Shown here piece by piece: positions 9,076-18,717 of a stretch of DNA of 64,000 nucleotides. Position 1 is the first letter of the stretch; every line of letters begins with the position of its first letter. The notes beneath the pieces were generated by a model that saw nothing but the letters and a program-made list of their open reading frames with translations, had not been told where the DNA came from and searched no databases. Both the position numbers and the translations under genes were made by a program. The stretch is from Campylobacteraceae bacterium (GTDB lineage Bacteria; Campylobacterota; Campylobacteria; Campylobacterales; Sulfurovaceae), in assembly GCA_027100635.1 (NCBI GenBank), contig JAMOOQ010000051.1:4459-68458 (forward strand), read 5' to 3'.

Positions 9076-11314
9076 TTTTATATCCTTCTTTATCCCAAGG
9101 TAATTCAATTCTAATAGTAGTATTATACCCTTTTGTAGGTTCTTTTACAAATATTAGCCCTCCATAGCTAGTAATAATATCTCTTACTATTTTAAGCCCT
9201 AATCCTGTACCTGTCATCTCTTCATGGTGTTTTGCAATCTTTCCAACAGGAACACTCGTGGTATAAAAAGCATTAAAAATTTTATCTCTTTTTTCAATAG
9301 GAATACCATCACCATTATCTGAAAACTCTAAATAAACCCATTTATTATGTTTTTTACCACACTCTATAAAAATTTTACCATTTACATTTGCTCTATTAAT
9401 AGCTTTTCTTGAATTGGTATAAAAGTTAAATAAGATAGAAGCCCATTCTGATTTATGCATAGCAATTGTATATAAATTATACCCATTAAAAATAGGTTCA
9501 ACAAACTCTATTTGTTGTCTTAATATATCGGCATCTAGTGTTCTTTTTAGTGAATAAACTACGGTTCTAAGCTCTATAGGTTTTAATTCTCTTTGTACAT
9601 TTTCAGAAAAAGATTCATCAAAATAGGAAATATAAGTGGATAACCCATCTAAATTATTTTTAACGCGTTTATTTACTTTTAAAACATTATCCAAAGAATC
9701 ACTATTAGAAATATTTCTAATATCATGTTGTAAAGCTCCTTGGTATTGCTTTATCTCATGTATAAATTCTCCAATAGTTAAACCTAATCCAGCTAAGACT
9801 CTTAAAAGATTCATCTCTTTTATTAGTTCTATTTTTTTTATTTTTTGTTCTTCTTTAGCTTCATGAAGAGTCTCTTTTAACTCTTTTATTTTATCTTTTA
9901 CTTGTTCTAAATCTTCTTCATCTTTTATATTATCCAGCCCCTCAACAACATTATTAATAATTTCTTCAGGCTCTTTTTTCCACTCTTCTTGATTTGTTTT
10001 TTGCTTCACACCTCTAATAGAAGCAAGTTTTAAAATAGCATCAATTAAAACTTTATATCCAAATTCACTCAATTCTGTAAAGGCTTTATTTTTAAGGAGA
10101 CCCTCTCTACTTGAAGTTTCTTCAAATTGCTCTCTAAAATCATTATTGACCTCTATAATTCCAAAAAAGTTATTATTACCATGAACAGGTAAAATAGTTC
10201 TTTTTCTAATAGATGCATCTAGCCCAAGCCAATCATCTTGAGGTTCACCATAAGGCAATACACGAAAGCCATTTCGGTATAATCTAATACCACCTTGCTC
10301 TTTTGCTTTTTCTCGTATAGTACTTTCACTCTGTTTAGGAATTAATCCAGAATTATAAATAAAATAATAAGCTTTTAATGCAACATTTTTTAACTCTTTA
10401 AATGGCTCATTAGGATTTAATAACACTCTATTTTCTTTATAGTCTAATTTTTTACTTTTAATAGATAAATACATAAATCCATCATTATCTACAAAACCAT
10501 TAATCTCTGCTAAAGCATGTTCAAAAAACATTGTCTCTTCATTGGCAATAGTAAATTTTTTACCATTATTTATTTCAATACACTTCAACTTAAATCCTAA
10601 ATCATTAGGAGCTTTAGAATTTTTTTTGGTTTTAGAAATTGGAAAGGGTTGAATTATCTCTGATGCATAACGATATACTCTTTTTATCTGTGCTTCACTC
10701 CAAGAGTCTCTTAGATTTTCTATAATTAAAGTTGTACCCTCATCTTTTTGCTTCTCTATATATTCAATCTTATTAGTGATAAAAGATAACTCCTTATCTC
10801 CCATAAAATCATCCCAATAAAAAACTACTTTAAGTGCCTCTGTGGATTTAAGAGTTTGAGTAATAATAGTTAATTTCTTACCAAGTCTTTGAGTAGAAAA
10901 TCGTCCTATCCCTTTTTTACCTGCTCTTTTTCTATCATATCGTGGAGAACGGGGAAAATGTAGTTTATCGCTAGAAGAGAGTCTCATAAATCCATTGATT
11001 AACTGCTCTCTAGTCATTCCTAAACCATTATCTTTTATCTCTAAAACTCCACCAACTTTATATGACTCCTTAAAAGTAAGAATGACTTTAGTAGCATCAG
11101 CATCATAAGCATTTTTAACAAGTTCAGATACGGCTGTTTCATGCCTTGCTACAAGCTCTTTACCCAAACGATCAATAATCCCTGCATCAATAGAGAAGCG
11201 AACGCTATTTTTATCAAATTTTGCAAGTTCATTTGATAAAGATAAAATTTTTGAGTAGTTGCTAGGGTCATTTTTTAGAATATTCTGTAATTCTTCTTTT
11301 ATTTTTTCTTGCAA
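9065..11314 (-). CDS. Dual-GHKL protein: N-terminal MORC/Hsp90/MutL-like ATPase fused to a C-terminal histidine kinase (DHp plus HATPase_c)
   Basis: N-terminal module: 'ELVKNAYDADA' (N-box), 'IKDNGLGMT' (G1), 'GKKGIGRFS' (G2). A coiled-coil linker follows. C-terminal module: H-box 'GEFIHEIKQY', N-box 'ILFNFYTNSRKAI', G1 'FSDNGDGIP', F 'IFNAFYTT', G2 'GTGLGLKIV'. No TM segment seen. TTG start with AGGA 7 nt upstream. Confidence 0.8.
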   Translation of the reverse strand: MQEKIKEELQNILKNDPSNYSKILSLSNELAKFDKNSVRFSIDAGIIDRLGKELVARHETAVSELVKNAYDADATKVILTFKESYKVGGVLEIKDNGLGMTREQLINGFMRLSSSDKLHFPRSPRYDRKRAGKKGIGRFSTQRLGKKLTIITQTLKSTEALKVVFYWDDFMGDKELSFITNKIEYIEKQKDEGTTLIIENLRDSWSEAQIKRVYRYASEIIQPFPISKTKKNSKAPNDLGFKLKCIEINNGKKFTIANEETMFFEHALAEINGFVDNDGFMYLSIKSKKLDYKENRVLLNPNEPFKELKNVALKAYYFIYNSGLIPKQSESTIREKAKEQGGIRLYRNGFRVLPYGEPQDDWLGLDASIRKRTILPVHGNNNFFGIIEVNNDFREQFEETSSREGLLKNKAFTELSEFGYKVLIDAILKLASIRGVKQKTNQEEWKKEPEEIINNVVEGLDNIKDEEDLEQVKDKIKELKETLHEAKEEQKIKKIELIKEMNLLRVLAGLGLTIGEFIHEIKQYQGALQHDIRNISNSDSLDNVLKVNKRVKNNLDGLSTYISYFDESFSENVQRELKPIELRTVVYSLKRTLDADILRQQIEFVEPIFNGYNLYTIAMHKSEWASILFNFYTNSRKAINRANVNGKIFIECGKKHNKWVYLEFSDNGDGIPIEKRDKIFNAFYTTSVPVGKIAKHHEEMTGTGLGLKIVRDIITSYGGLIFVKEPTKGYNTTIRIELPWDKEGYKNAI

Positions 11315-11364
11315 TAGTTATCCTAATATATTTTTTATATTATAACTAAAAGAAACACATTTCA

Positions 11365-12507
11365 TTATATCAAATTCCCATACTTATAATATGCACTACA
11401 CGCTCCCTCACTGCTTACCATACAACTACCAATGGGGTTTATTGGGGTACAGGCTGTTCCAAATATTGTGCATTCTGGAGGTTTTGCCATTCCTCTTAGA
11501 ATATCTCCACAGATACATAGTTTATGGTCTTCAATTTGGGATATTGGTAGAATATCTTTATATATAACTTCAGCATTATATTTATTGAATTCATCTTTTA
11601 ATCTTAAACCACTATCTGGTACATTTCCTAATCCCCTCCATCTAAAGAGGCTCACTTTTTCAAAATATTTATTTATTATTCTTTGTGATTTTAGGTTGCC
11701 ATCATAATCTACAACTCTTTTGTATTGTATCTCCAGTTCACAACGATTTTGGATAAATTGCTTTACTATCATACTGATACCCTCCATCACATCAACAGGC
11801 TCAAATCCACTTACTACAACAGGACGGTTATATTTTCTTGGAAACTCTTCATATATTTTACTCCCTGCAATTACGCTAACATGGCTAGGTCCTAGAAAAG
11901 CATCTATTTTATTGTTGTAGCTGTCTATATGAATATCTCTACTATCAATTAATTCTCTCATAACTTCTGGTACAGTTACATGATTTATATGAAAAAGAAT
12001 ATTTGGAATTTGTAGTTTTATGACCTGCTCAATTAATACAGCACTCATTGGTGTGGTTGTTTCAAACCCAATAGCAAAGAATATAATTTTTTTATTAGGA
12101 TTATCTTTGGCTATTTTTATACAATCTAGTGGAGAGTATACAAACCTTACATCAGCACCTTCTGCCCTTGCTTGTTGAAGGCTTCCTCTACTTGAGGGGA
12201 CTTTTATCATATCTCCTAGAGTCACTAAAATTACATCGCTTTGCATAGCTAAAATATATGCGTGGTCTATCCTCTCTTTTGGCATAATACATACAGGACA
12301 ACCAGGACCGTGTATAAAGTTTATATTATTTGGTAGTAGTTGGAGCAAACCATATTTCATAATAGTATGTGTATGTCCTCCACACACCTCCATAATATTT
12401 ATATCTCTATTTAGCCCTTTAGCATCATTGGAGATAACTTTAGCATAGGCTTTAATTGTATCTGCATCTCTAAAATTATCATATAGATTTTTTAGTTCAA
12501 GGTTCAT
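11365..12507 (-). CDS. hypD: Hydrogenase maturation protein HypD
   Basis: 'CGGHTH' and 'GPGCPVC' motifs, 380 aa. Confidence 0.95.
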   Translation of the reverse strand: MNLELKNLYDNFRDADTIKAYAKVISNDAKGLNRDINIMEVCGGHTHTIMKYGLLQLLPNNINFIHGPGCPVCIMPKERIDHAYILAMQSDVILVTLGDMIKVPSSRGSLQQARAEGADVRFVYSPLDCIKIAKDNPNKKIIFFAIGFETTTPMSAVLIEQVIKLQIPNILFHINHVTVPEVMRELIDSRDIHIDSYNNKIDAFLGPSHVSVIAGSKIYEEFPRKYNRPVVVSGFEPVDVMEGISMIVKQFIQNRCELEIQYKRVVDYDGNLKSQRIINKYFEKVSLFRWRGLGNVPDSGLRLKDEFNKYNAEVIYKDILPISQIEDHKLCICGDILRGMAKPPECTIFGTACTPINPIGSCMVSSEGACSAYYKYGNLI

Positions 12508-12797
12508 TGACTACCCCTATTTTGACAATTATCATCTGCTAAAATTGCCTCTTTTCTCTCCTCTTCATCTAGTTTTTCTAATATCTCTCTATATGTCTCT
12601 AGTGACTCTTTAGCGTAAGTTTCATCAATTTTATTCATAACAAATCCAATATGAAGAAGTACAAAATCCCCAATCGCAACCTCTTCATCTTGCATCATAA
12701 GTAGACTAGCATCTCTTTTAACACCCATTGTATCAACTGTACATATAGTTTTATCTTCACTAATATCTACAACTTTACTTGGAATAGATAGACACAT
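12504..12797 (-). CDS. hypC: Hydrogenase maturation chaperone HypC
   Basis: 'MCLSIPSKVV' N-terminus, 97 aa, overlaps hypD and hypB. Confidence 0.95.
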   Translation of the reverse strand: MCLSIPSKVVDISEDKTICTVDTMGVKRDASLLMMQDEEVAIGDFVLLHIGFVMNKIDETYAKESLETYREILEKLDEEERKEAILADDNCQNRGSQ

Positions 12798-13558
12798 TAT
12801 CTCATTCTCCTTTTAAAGTTAATCCAATCTGCTACAGCTTTAATTGACTCTATATCATTAATATTTATCTCTAAAATATCAACATTTGGTTTTATTTTTC
12901 TAGCTTCTGCTTTTTCTATATCTATATCATATTTAAAATATGGGAGAAGGTCTGTTTTAGTTAATAATATCAAATCTGCTTGATGAAACATTACTGGGTA
13001 TTTCACTATTTTATCTTGCCCCTCTGGGATTGATACTAATACAATATTTAGATGAGTACCTACATCATAACTAGCAGGACAGACTAAATTTCCGACATTT
13101 TCTACAAAACATACATCAATATTATCTAATGAGATATCGTGTAAACCTTTATGAACCATAAAAGCATCTAAATGACAAGCAGAACCTGTTTGAATTTGAA
13201 CTGCATCAATTCCTTTTGCTTTTAATCTATTTGCATCTCTATTTGTCTCTAAATCACCTTCTACAACAGCAAATTTAAACTCTGCAATATCTGCTAGATA
13301 CTCTAATAGTGTAGTTTTCCCACTGCCAGGGCTACTCATAAGATTTATTCCCAATACAGAATTTTTATCTAAATGAGCTCTATTATGTCCTGCTTGATGG
13401 TCATTTTTATCTAATATTTTTTGAATAACCGATATAGTTTTAACATCATTTAATTGAGGATTATCATGAAGATGTTTGTGAGCCTTTTGATGATGATTAG
13501 ACCCCTCTAAAACGCTATCTTCTACCTCTGTTATACTACAACCACAATCTTTACACAT
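12797..13558 (-). CDS. hypB: Hydrogenase nickel-incorporation GTPase HypB
   Basis: N-terminal 'MCKDCGC' metal site, His-rich stretch, P-loop 'GSGKTTLL', 'CPASYD'. Confidence 0.95.
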   Translation of the reverse strand: MCKDCGCSITEVEDSVLEGSNHHQKAHKHLHDNPQLNDVKTISVIQKILDKNDHQAGHNRAHLDKNSVLGINLMSSPGSGKTTLLEYLADIAEFKFAVVEGDLETNRDANRLKAKGIDAVQIQTGSACHLDAFMVHKGLHDISLDNIDVCFVENVGNLVCPASYDVGTHLNIVLVSIPEGQDKIVKYPVMFHQADLILLTKTDLLPYFKYDIDIEKAEARKIKPNVDILEININDIESIKAVADWINFKRRMR

Positions 13559-13567
13559 AAAACTCTC

Positions 13568-14209
13568 CTATCCTAATAAAATATTTATCCCTACAACTAA
13601 CGAGATAACTCCTGCCGTTGAAAATGTTCTTCTTACACTTCTAATATCTCTTAAAAAGTTTTGATTTACATAAAGTATCAAGTAGCCAAAAGAGATAAAG
13701 ACTAACATAACTCCAAGAGTAAAAGCACCTACCATACTAAAATTAACAACACTACTTTCAACAGCACCAAGAGTTACGAGCATTCCTCTAACTCCACCAA
13801 TTCCCATTAAAACACCCATACTAAAAGATGAACTCTTTCTACCCAATTCATTATGAGAGTGTTTTTTACCAAACCAAATATGTATATGCTCTTTCTTATT
13901 ATGAGTATGAGTAGAGAGATTTATTCTATCTGTAATAACCATAAAAAGAATATACAAGCCCATAGATAAAATTACAGTAGCAGATATAATATCACCATAA
14001 GCTAGAATATCTTTTGAAATATCAACACTCTCTAAAATCTTTGCAAATATAAATAGGCTAAGACCGTGACCAATAGCAAATAAAAGTGTAATTAAAATAG
14101 TTTTTTGTTTATCTTTTCCTATTGAAAAATCAGCGATAGCAGTAAGATGGTCTGGTCCAAAAGCGTGTAACACTCCATACCAAAATATTAGTATCAACGA
14201 CAAATCCAT
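13568..14209 (-). CDS. Putative nickel/cobalt permease (NicO/UreH-like)
   Basis: Polytopic membrane protein with 'HAFGPDH' (fits the HX4DH Ni/Co transporter signature) and a His-rich loop 'HTHNKKEHIHIWFGKKHSHNE'. Sits between hypF and hypB. Confidence 0.6.
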   Translation of the reverse strand: MDLSLILIFWYGVLHAFGPDHLTAIADFSIGKDKQKTILITLLFAIGHGLSLFIFAKILESVDISKDILAYGDIISATVILSMGLYILFMVITDRINLSTHTHNKKEHIHIWFGKKHSHNELGRKSSSFSMGVLMGIGGVRGMLVTLGAVESSVVNFSMVGAFTLGVMLVFISFGYLILYVNQNFLRDIRSVRRTFSTAGVISLVVGINILLG

Positions 14210-14291
14210 TCTTTATCTCCTAAAAGTAAATATCTATTCAAGAATAATATAATATTATATTATTTTAAATTTTAGCTTAATATATTATAAT

Positions 14292-16466
14292 TTATAGCTC
14301 TCTAGTTGCACTAATTATCTGTCCAAAGGCAATTCCACCATCGTTGATAGGAATTTTATTTGGAATGATAGCTGTTGGGATTTTATTTAATACAAGCTCT
14401 AATAAAATTCTATTTTGGAACACTCCACCACTTAGGACTAATGGTAGATTATATCTCTTATATATAACATATATTATCTCCACTAGAGTGTTAAAAAATT
14501 TTGATATGGCTATCTCTATATTAGACTCTTGAACTATCTCTTTGATAAGAGGTTCTATGTTTATAATATTCTCTTGTATCTGGAATGGATACCAATTAGT
14601 GATATTTTTATTATAAAATTCTTCCATTCTCATACCACTCTCTCCTTCAAAACTTATCACTTGGCATATTCCAACAATAGAAGCAATAGCATCAAATATC
14701 CGTCCTACTGATGAGCTAAAAGGAGCATTTAATCCTTTTTTCCACATTAGATATTGCGTTTTTATCTCACTCTCACTGAATGCTCTTGTTGTGGGGTTAT
14801 CCAACTCTAATGTCTTGTCCTCCCCTAAACTATCAAATAATAGACTCAATGCCACTCTCTTTGGCTCTTTAATTGCTCTTGCTCCACCAAGTAGTTTGAA
14901 GTATTTAAAATGTGCTACTCTTTTATACTCATTATAATTTGAAATTAAAAACTCGCCACCCCAAAGTTTTCCATCATCTCCTAATCCTGTTCCATCAAAA
15001 GATACGCCTAAAACTTCTTTAGATAAATTTTTTTCTGCCATTACTCCTATAATGTGAGCATAATGGTGTTGTACCTCTTTTACTCTTATATTTAAACTTT
15101 TTGCATACTTTGTACTCTCATAGTTTGGATGTATATCACAAACAACTTCATTAGGTTCAAACTGATATATCCTTTTGAGATTATTTATACTATCTTTAAA
15201 ATATTCTATTGATTTAATTGCATCTAAATCTCCAATATGAGGAGATATTATAGCTTTATCCTTAAATGCAATAGCAATAGTATTTTTCTGGTTTGCTCCA
15301 ACTGCTAATATTTTTCCTTTTAATTTAAATGGTAACTTTATTGATACTGGTGTATATCCTCTAGCTCTTCGTATAAATATAGTTTGATTTTTTATAACCA
15401 TAACAACACTATCATCACATCCATTAACTATATCTCTATCGTGGTCAATTAGATAGTCATATATATTAGAAAGCTTCTCTATATCTTTAGTTTTAGTTGC
15501 TATTGGCTCATCTGTAATATTTGCACTTGTAGCAACTATTGGACTATTTAGCTCTTTTAAAATAAGAATATGTAGAGGGGTATATGCTATAAATATTCCT
15601 ATTCTTAAGCTATTTGGAGAGATGGCACTATCTATATTTTTAGAGTTTAAAAGAACAATCGGTCTCTCTTTAGATGTTAAAAGCTCCTCCTCTTTTAAAT
15701 TAATATAGGCCATCTCATGAGCCATATTTATATCCTTTACCATTATAGCAAATGGCTTAGTGGCTCTACCTTTTTTCTCTCTTAATCGATTAATTGCAAT
15801 ATGGTTAGTTGCATCACAGACAAAATGGTATCCACCCACTCCCTTAATTGCTAATATTTTTCCATCATCTATAAATTTCACAATATCTTTGATTTTATCC
15901 TTTAGCTGTACACCACATTTGAAACATCCTATTGGTTGTGCATGGTATCTTCTATCTAGTGGATTATTATACTCTTTTTTACAATCTTGGCACATACTAA
16001 ACTCTCTCATTGCCGTATTTTCTCTATCATAGGGTAAATCATAGATAATAGAGTATCTCACCCCACAATTTGTGCAGTTAATAAATGGATAATTATAACG
16101 CCTATTATTTGGATTAAAAAGCTCCTCTTCACACTCTTTACATATAGATATATCAGGAGGGATATTTACACTGATACTATCTCTATTTTGACTTCTAATA
16201 ATTTTAAAGTTATTAAATTCTATAGAACTAACTTCTTTAATTGAGATAGAGTTGATAGATGCTAATGGAGGTAGTTCATTTTTTATACTTGATATAAAGA
16301 GCTTAAGTATTTTAGGAGTAGAGTTAATAAATATTTCAACTCCATTTGAGCCATTAGATACAGTTCCATTAAGATTGTATCTTATAGCTAGAGTATATAT
16401 AAACGGACGAAATCCAACACCTTGGACTGTACCGTCTATTTCTATATTATAAGATAGGCAATTCAT
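14292..16466 (-). CDS. hypF: Carbamoyltransferase HypF
   Basis: Acylphosphatase-like N-terminus 'GTVQGVGFRPF', two zinc-finger pairs ('CKECEEE...CTNCG', 'CQDC...CFKCG'), then YrdC-like and Kae1-like regions. 724 aa. Confidence 0.95.
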   Translation of the reverse strand: MNCLSYNIEIDGTVQGVGFRPFIYTLAIRYNLNGTVSNGSNGVEIFINSTPKILKLFISSIKNELPPLASINSISIKEVSSIEFNNFKIIRSQNRDSISVNIPPDISICKECEEELFNPNNRRYNYPFINCTNCGVRYSIIYDLPYDRENTAMREFSMCQDCKKEYNNPLDRRYHAQPIGCFKCGVQLKDKIKDIVKFIDDGKILAIKGVGGYHFVCDATNHIAINRLREKKGRATKPFAIMVKDINMAHEMAYINLKEEELLTSKERPIVLLNSKNIDSAISPNSLRIGIFIAYTPLHILILKELNSPIVATSANITDEPIATKTKDIEKLSNIYDYLIDHDRDIVNGCDDSVVMVIKNQTIFIRRARGYTPVSIKLPFKLKGKILAVGANQKNTIAIAFKDKAIISPHIGDLDAIKSIEYFKDSINNLKRIYQFEPNEVVCDIHPNYESTKYAKSLNIRVKEVQHHYAHIIGVMAEKNLSKEVLGVSFDGTGLGDDGKLWGGEFLISNYNEYKRVAHFKYFKLLGGARAIKEPKRVALSLLFDSLGEDKTLELDNPTTRAFSESEIKTQYLMWKKGLNAPFSSSVGRIFDAIASIVGICQVISFEGESGMRMEEFYNKNITNWYPFQIQENIINIEPLIKEIVQESNIEIAISKFFNTLVEIIYVIYKRYNLPLVLSGGVFQNRILLELVLNKIPTAIIPNKIPINDGGIAFGQIISATREL

Positions 16467-18054
16467 TATTAAAATATATATTACTATTTATTGATAATTC
16501 ATCGGAAATCTTTTGAAACACTCTCCTATTTGAGAGTAGCGACCCATAAACAGCCACAGCATCAACGCCCATACTCTCTTTTAGTTCATCTATCTCATTT
16601 GTAATAAACTCTAAAAAGCTCTCTATTACACCATAAGATAGAGCTAAATCATCTACCACCCCTGCCAGCTTAAAGCTCATCGCAGTTCTAATTACCATAA
16701 GTGGATTTAAAAATACTTTTCCATCTATATTTTTAAGTTTATAATCTATTCTCGGCCCTCTATCTCCTAAAAAGCTCATTGCATTATTTTCCAGTATTTT
16801 AGCTCCATTGATAGGCTTGTCTGTAAAATCTAAGATAATAGCCACTAAACCCCATAATTGATAGATACTAAATTGACTGCCATTAAATGCTATTTGTGAA
16901 ACTTTTTTATAAAACTCTGGAAATTTAGCTTTATAGTTGGATATTAACCTTTTACCCTCTTCATCTGAAGAGTCTATTTGAGTGAATATATCCTCTATGG
17001 AGTTGAAGTTAAAATCAAATGATAGATACTCAATAAGCCCAAATTTTTCACCATCAATTATAATATTAGAGTAATCTTTACTCAAATTTAGACCTGCTAT
17101 ATTTTTATATTTTTCAGATAAATTATGTTCATTCTTGATAGCATTAAATCCATCTACTCTTGAATTTATTTTCTCTATCTTAGATGCTTTTACTCCTCTA
17201 TCTCCACTTATAATGAGTATATGTTTAGATGAGGCAACAACCTCGATAGGTTCTAAAATATCTTTTGGTTCAACTAAAATATACTCTCTATCTACTTTAA
17301 TCTTATCTTTTGTTATAGCTAACACATCTATACCAACAGAGTGAAGCTCTTTCATAATTAGATATAAGAGTGCATCATCTGCTAATCTAAATCTTATTAA
17401 CTCTCTATCTATCTCTTCGTAGTCCATTATAAATTTTATCTTCTTTTTTAGAGTTATAGCTGGTTTCTCAAAAGAGGCTAGAGCATTTAATTCATACTCC
17501 TCTAAAGTAGCATACTTCTCTAAAGTAGCAAGGTCATAAGCTAAGATGTCAAAATCTATATTATTAAAAATATTAGATGGGATAGCCAAAGAGTACTCTC
17601 CATAAAATGTATTTAATCTTATAACTTTACCATCTTTTATATCTTTAATAATACTAATAATTTCATCTTTGTAACTTCTATTCTCTCCATCTATATTATA
17701 TCCACAAGCATTACATTTAGTAAAAATATTGTAACTTTGTTCAATCTTAGATATACATTTAGGGCATGGTGGAGTTGCTATCTCTCTATCTTCTAAAATA
17801 TACTTCTCTTTTGGCATATCTTCAATAATTGATGCTTTTGTTCCATAAAAGAATATTGAATGTGGTAAAACCCTTGAAAAACTTGTTGCAAAATTTTCTA
17901 ATTGTGTTGGAGTATCTGCTTCAACAAATAGATTAAGTTCAAATCCATTTCTATCTATATTTCCATTTAAATTGGACTCTTTTATCTCATTTAAAAAAAT
18001 CTTCTCATAAACTAAAGATGATGAGCGATAATCTATTTTATACTCCAATATCAT
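16447..18054 (-). CDS. HydE-like hydrogenase accessory protein (epsilonproteobacterial type), function unknown
   Basis: 535-aa ORF between the hydrogenase protease and hypF, overlapping both. Has a zinc-ribbon-like 'CPKC...CNACG'. The call rests mostly on position. Confidence 0.45.
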   Translation of the reverse strand: MILEYKIDYRSSSLVYEKIFLNEIKESNLNGNIDRNGFELNLFVEADTPTQLENFATSFSRVLPHSIFFYGTKASIIEDMPKEKYILEDREIATPPCPKCISKIEQSYNIFTKCNACGYNIDGENRSYKDEIISIIKDIKDGKVIRLNTFYGEYSLAIPSNIFNNIDFDILAYDLATLEKYATLEEYELNALASFEKPAITLKKKIKFIMDYEEIDRELIRFRLADDALLYLIMKELHSVGIDVLAITKDKIKVDREYILVEPKDILEPIEVVASSKHILIISGDRGVKASKIEKINSRVDGFNAIKNEHNLSEKYKNIAGLNLSKDYSNIIIDGEKFGLIEYLSFDFNFNSIEDIFTQIDSSDEEGKRLISNYKAKFPEFYKKVSQIAFNGSQFSIYQLWGLVAIILDFTDKPINGAKILENNAMSFLGDRGPRIDYKLKNIDGKVFLNPLMVIRTAMSFKLAGVVDDLALSYGVIESFLEFITNEIDELKESMGVDAVAVYGSLLSNRRVFQKISDELSINSNIYFNNELPIL

Positions 18055-18601
18055 AAGATACCCCTTTTGTATATGTTGTTGATGTGATATTCTCTATTTT
18101 AATATCTATATCTTGTATCTGCACATCTATATCAAATGATTTAATATAGTCTATAATATTTTTTTCCATTACTTCACTTGCTTTTATAACTCTATCAGTC
18201 ATAGTAAATGTGCTATCTTCTCCAATTACAAATGGAATAACTCCTACTATTTTAACAGGGGGTAGGTCTCCCATAAGCTCTATCATCTGGAGAGTTTGTA
18301 GCATTTCAACTTCGTGGGCTGAACCATTCCAAGTGATAAAATCTGGAACTTTATCAAAATCAAATGAATATACATCTCCCACCTCTCCATTATCTACATT
18401 TACACAATCTATTAATATAACTCTATCGTATTCTGTAATAATTGGTATAAGTCTTTGAGCTAATGTTCCACCATCTACAATATCAACTATATGCTCTTGT
18501 GAGCTAAATATATATTTTTTATCAATTAAATTGGCTAGATGAGGTCCAATACCCTCATCTCCAAATATTATATTACCAATACCTAATATTAAAATTTTCA
18601 A
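18038..18601 (-). CDS. hydD: Hydrogenase maturation endopeptidase (HyaD/HoxM/HydD)
   Basis: 'ILILGIGNIIFGDEGIGPHL' and 'VDGGT' motifs, 187 aa. Confidence 0.85.
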   Translation of the reverse strand: MKILILGIGNIIFGDEGIGPHLANLIDKKYIFSSQEHIVDIVDGGTLAQRLIPIITEYDRVILIDCVNVDNGEVGDVYSFDFDKVPDFITWNGSAHEVEMLQTLQMIELMGDLPPVKIVGVIPFVIGEDSTFTMTDRVIKASEVMEKNIIDYIKSFDIDVQIQDIDIKIENITSTTYTKGVSYDIGV

Positions 18602-18717
18602 ACTTTTCCTTTATTATAAAATAGCAATCAGGAGGAGAGAGAAATAAGAAAGGATATAAAAAAAATTCTCTTCCCTCGTGATTAATATTTTTGTCCAGCC
18701 GAAGCTGAACTATAACT

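Noticed and set aside
5501-11314. Histidine kinase plus response regulator in a hyp cluster read as the hydrogenase regulators HoxJ/HupT and HoxA/HupR
   Set aside because: Those regulators are a PAS-containing kinase and an NtrC-type REC-AAA+-HTH activator. Here the kinase input is a MORC-like GHKL module. The REC protein shows no Walker A/GAFTGA or HTH motif that I can read, and the set includes a DNA methyltransferase. This is not fully excluded, so it is kept as the main alternative in the finding.
16447-18054. 535-aa protein considered as a second HypF or a foreign insertion, because of its CxxC zinc ribbon
   Set aside because: It lacks the acylphosphatase, YrdC and Kae1 motifs. Its position between the protease and hypF matches the epsilonproteobacterial hydE slot, so it is treated as an accessory gene of unknown function.
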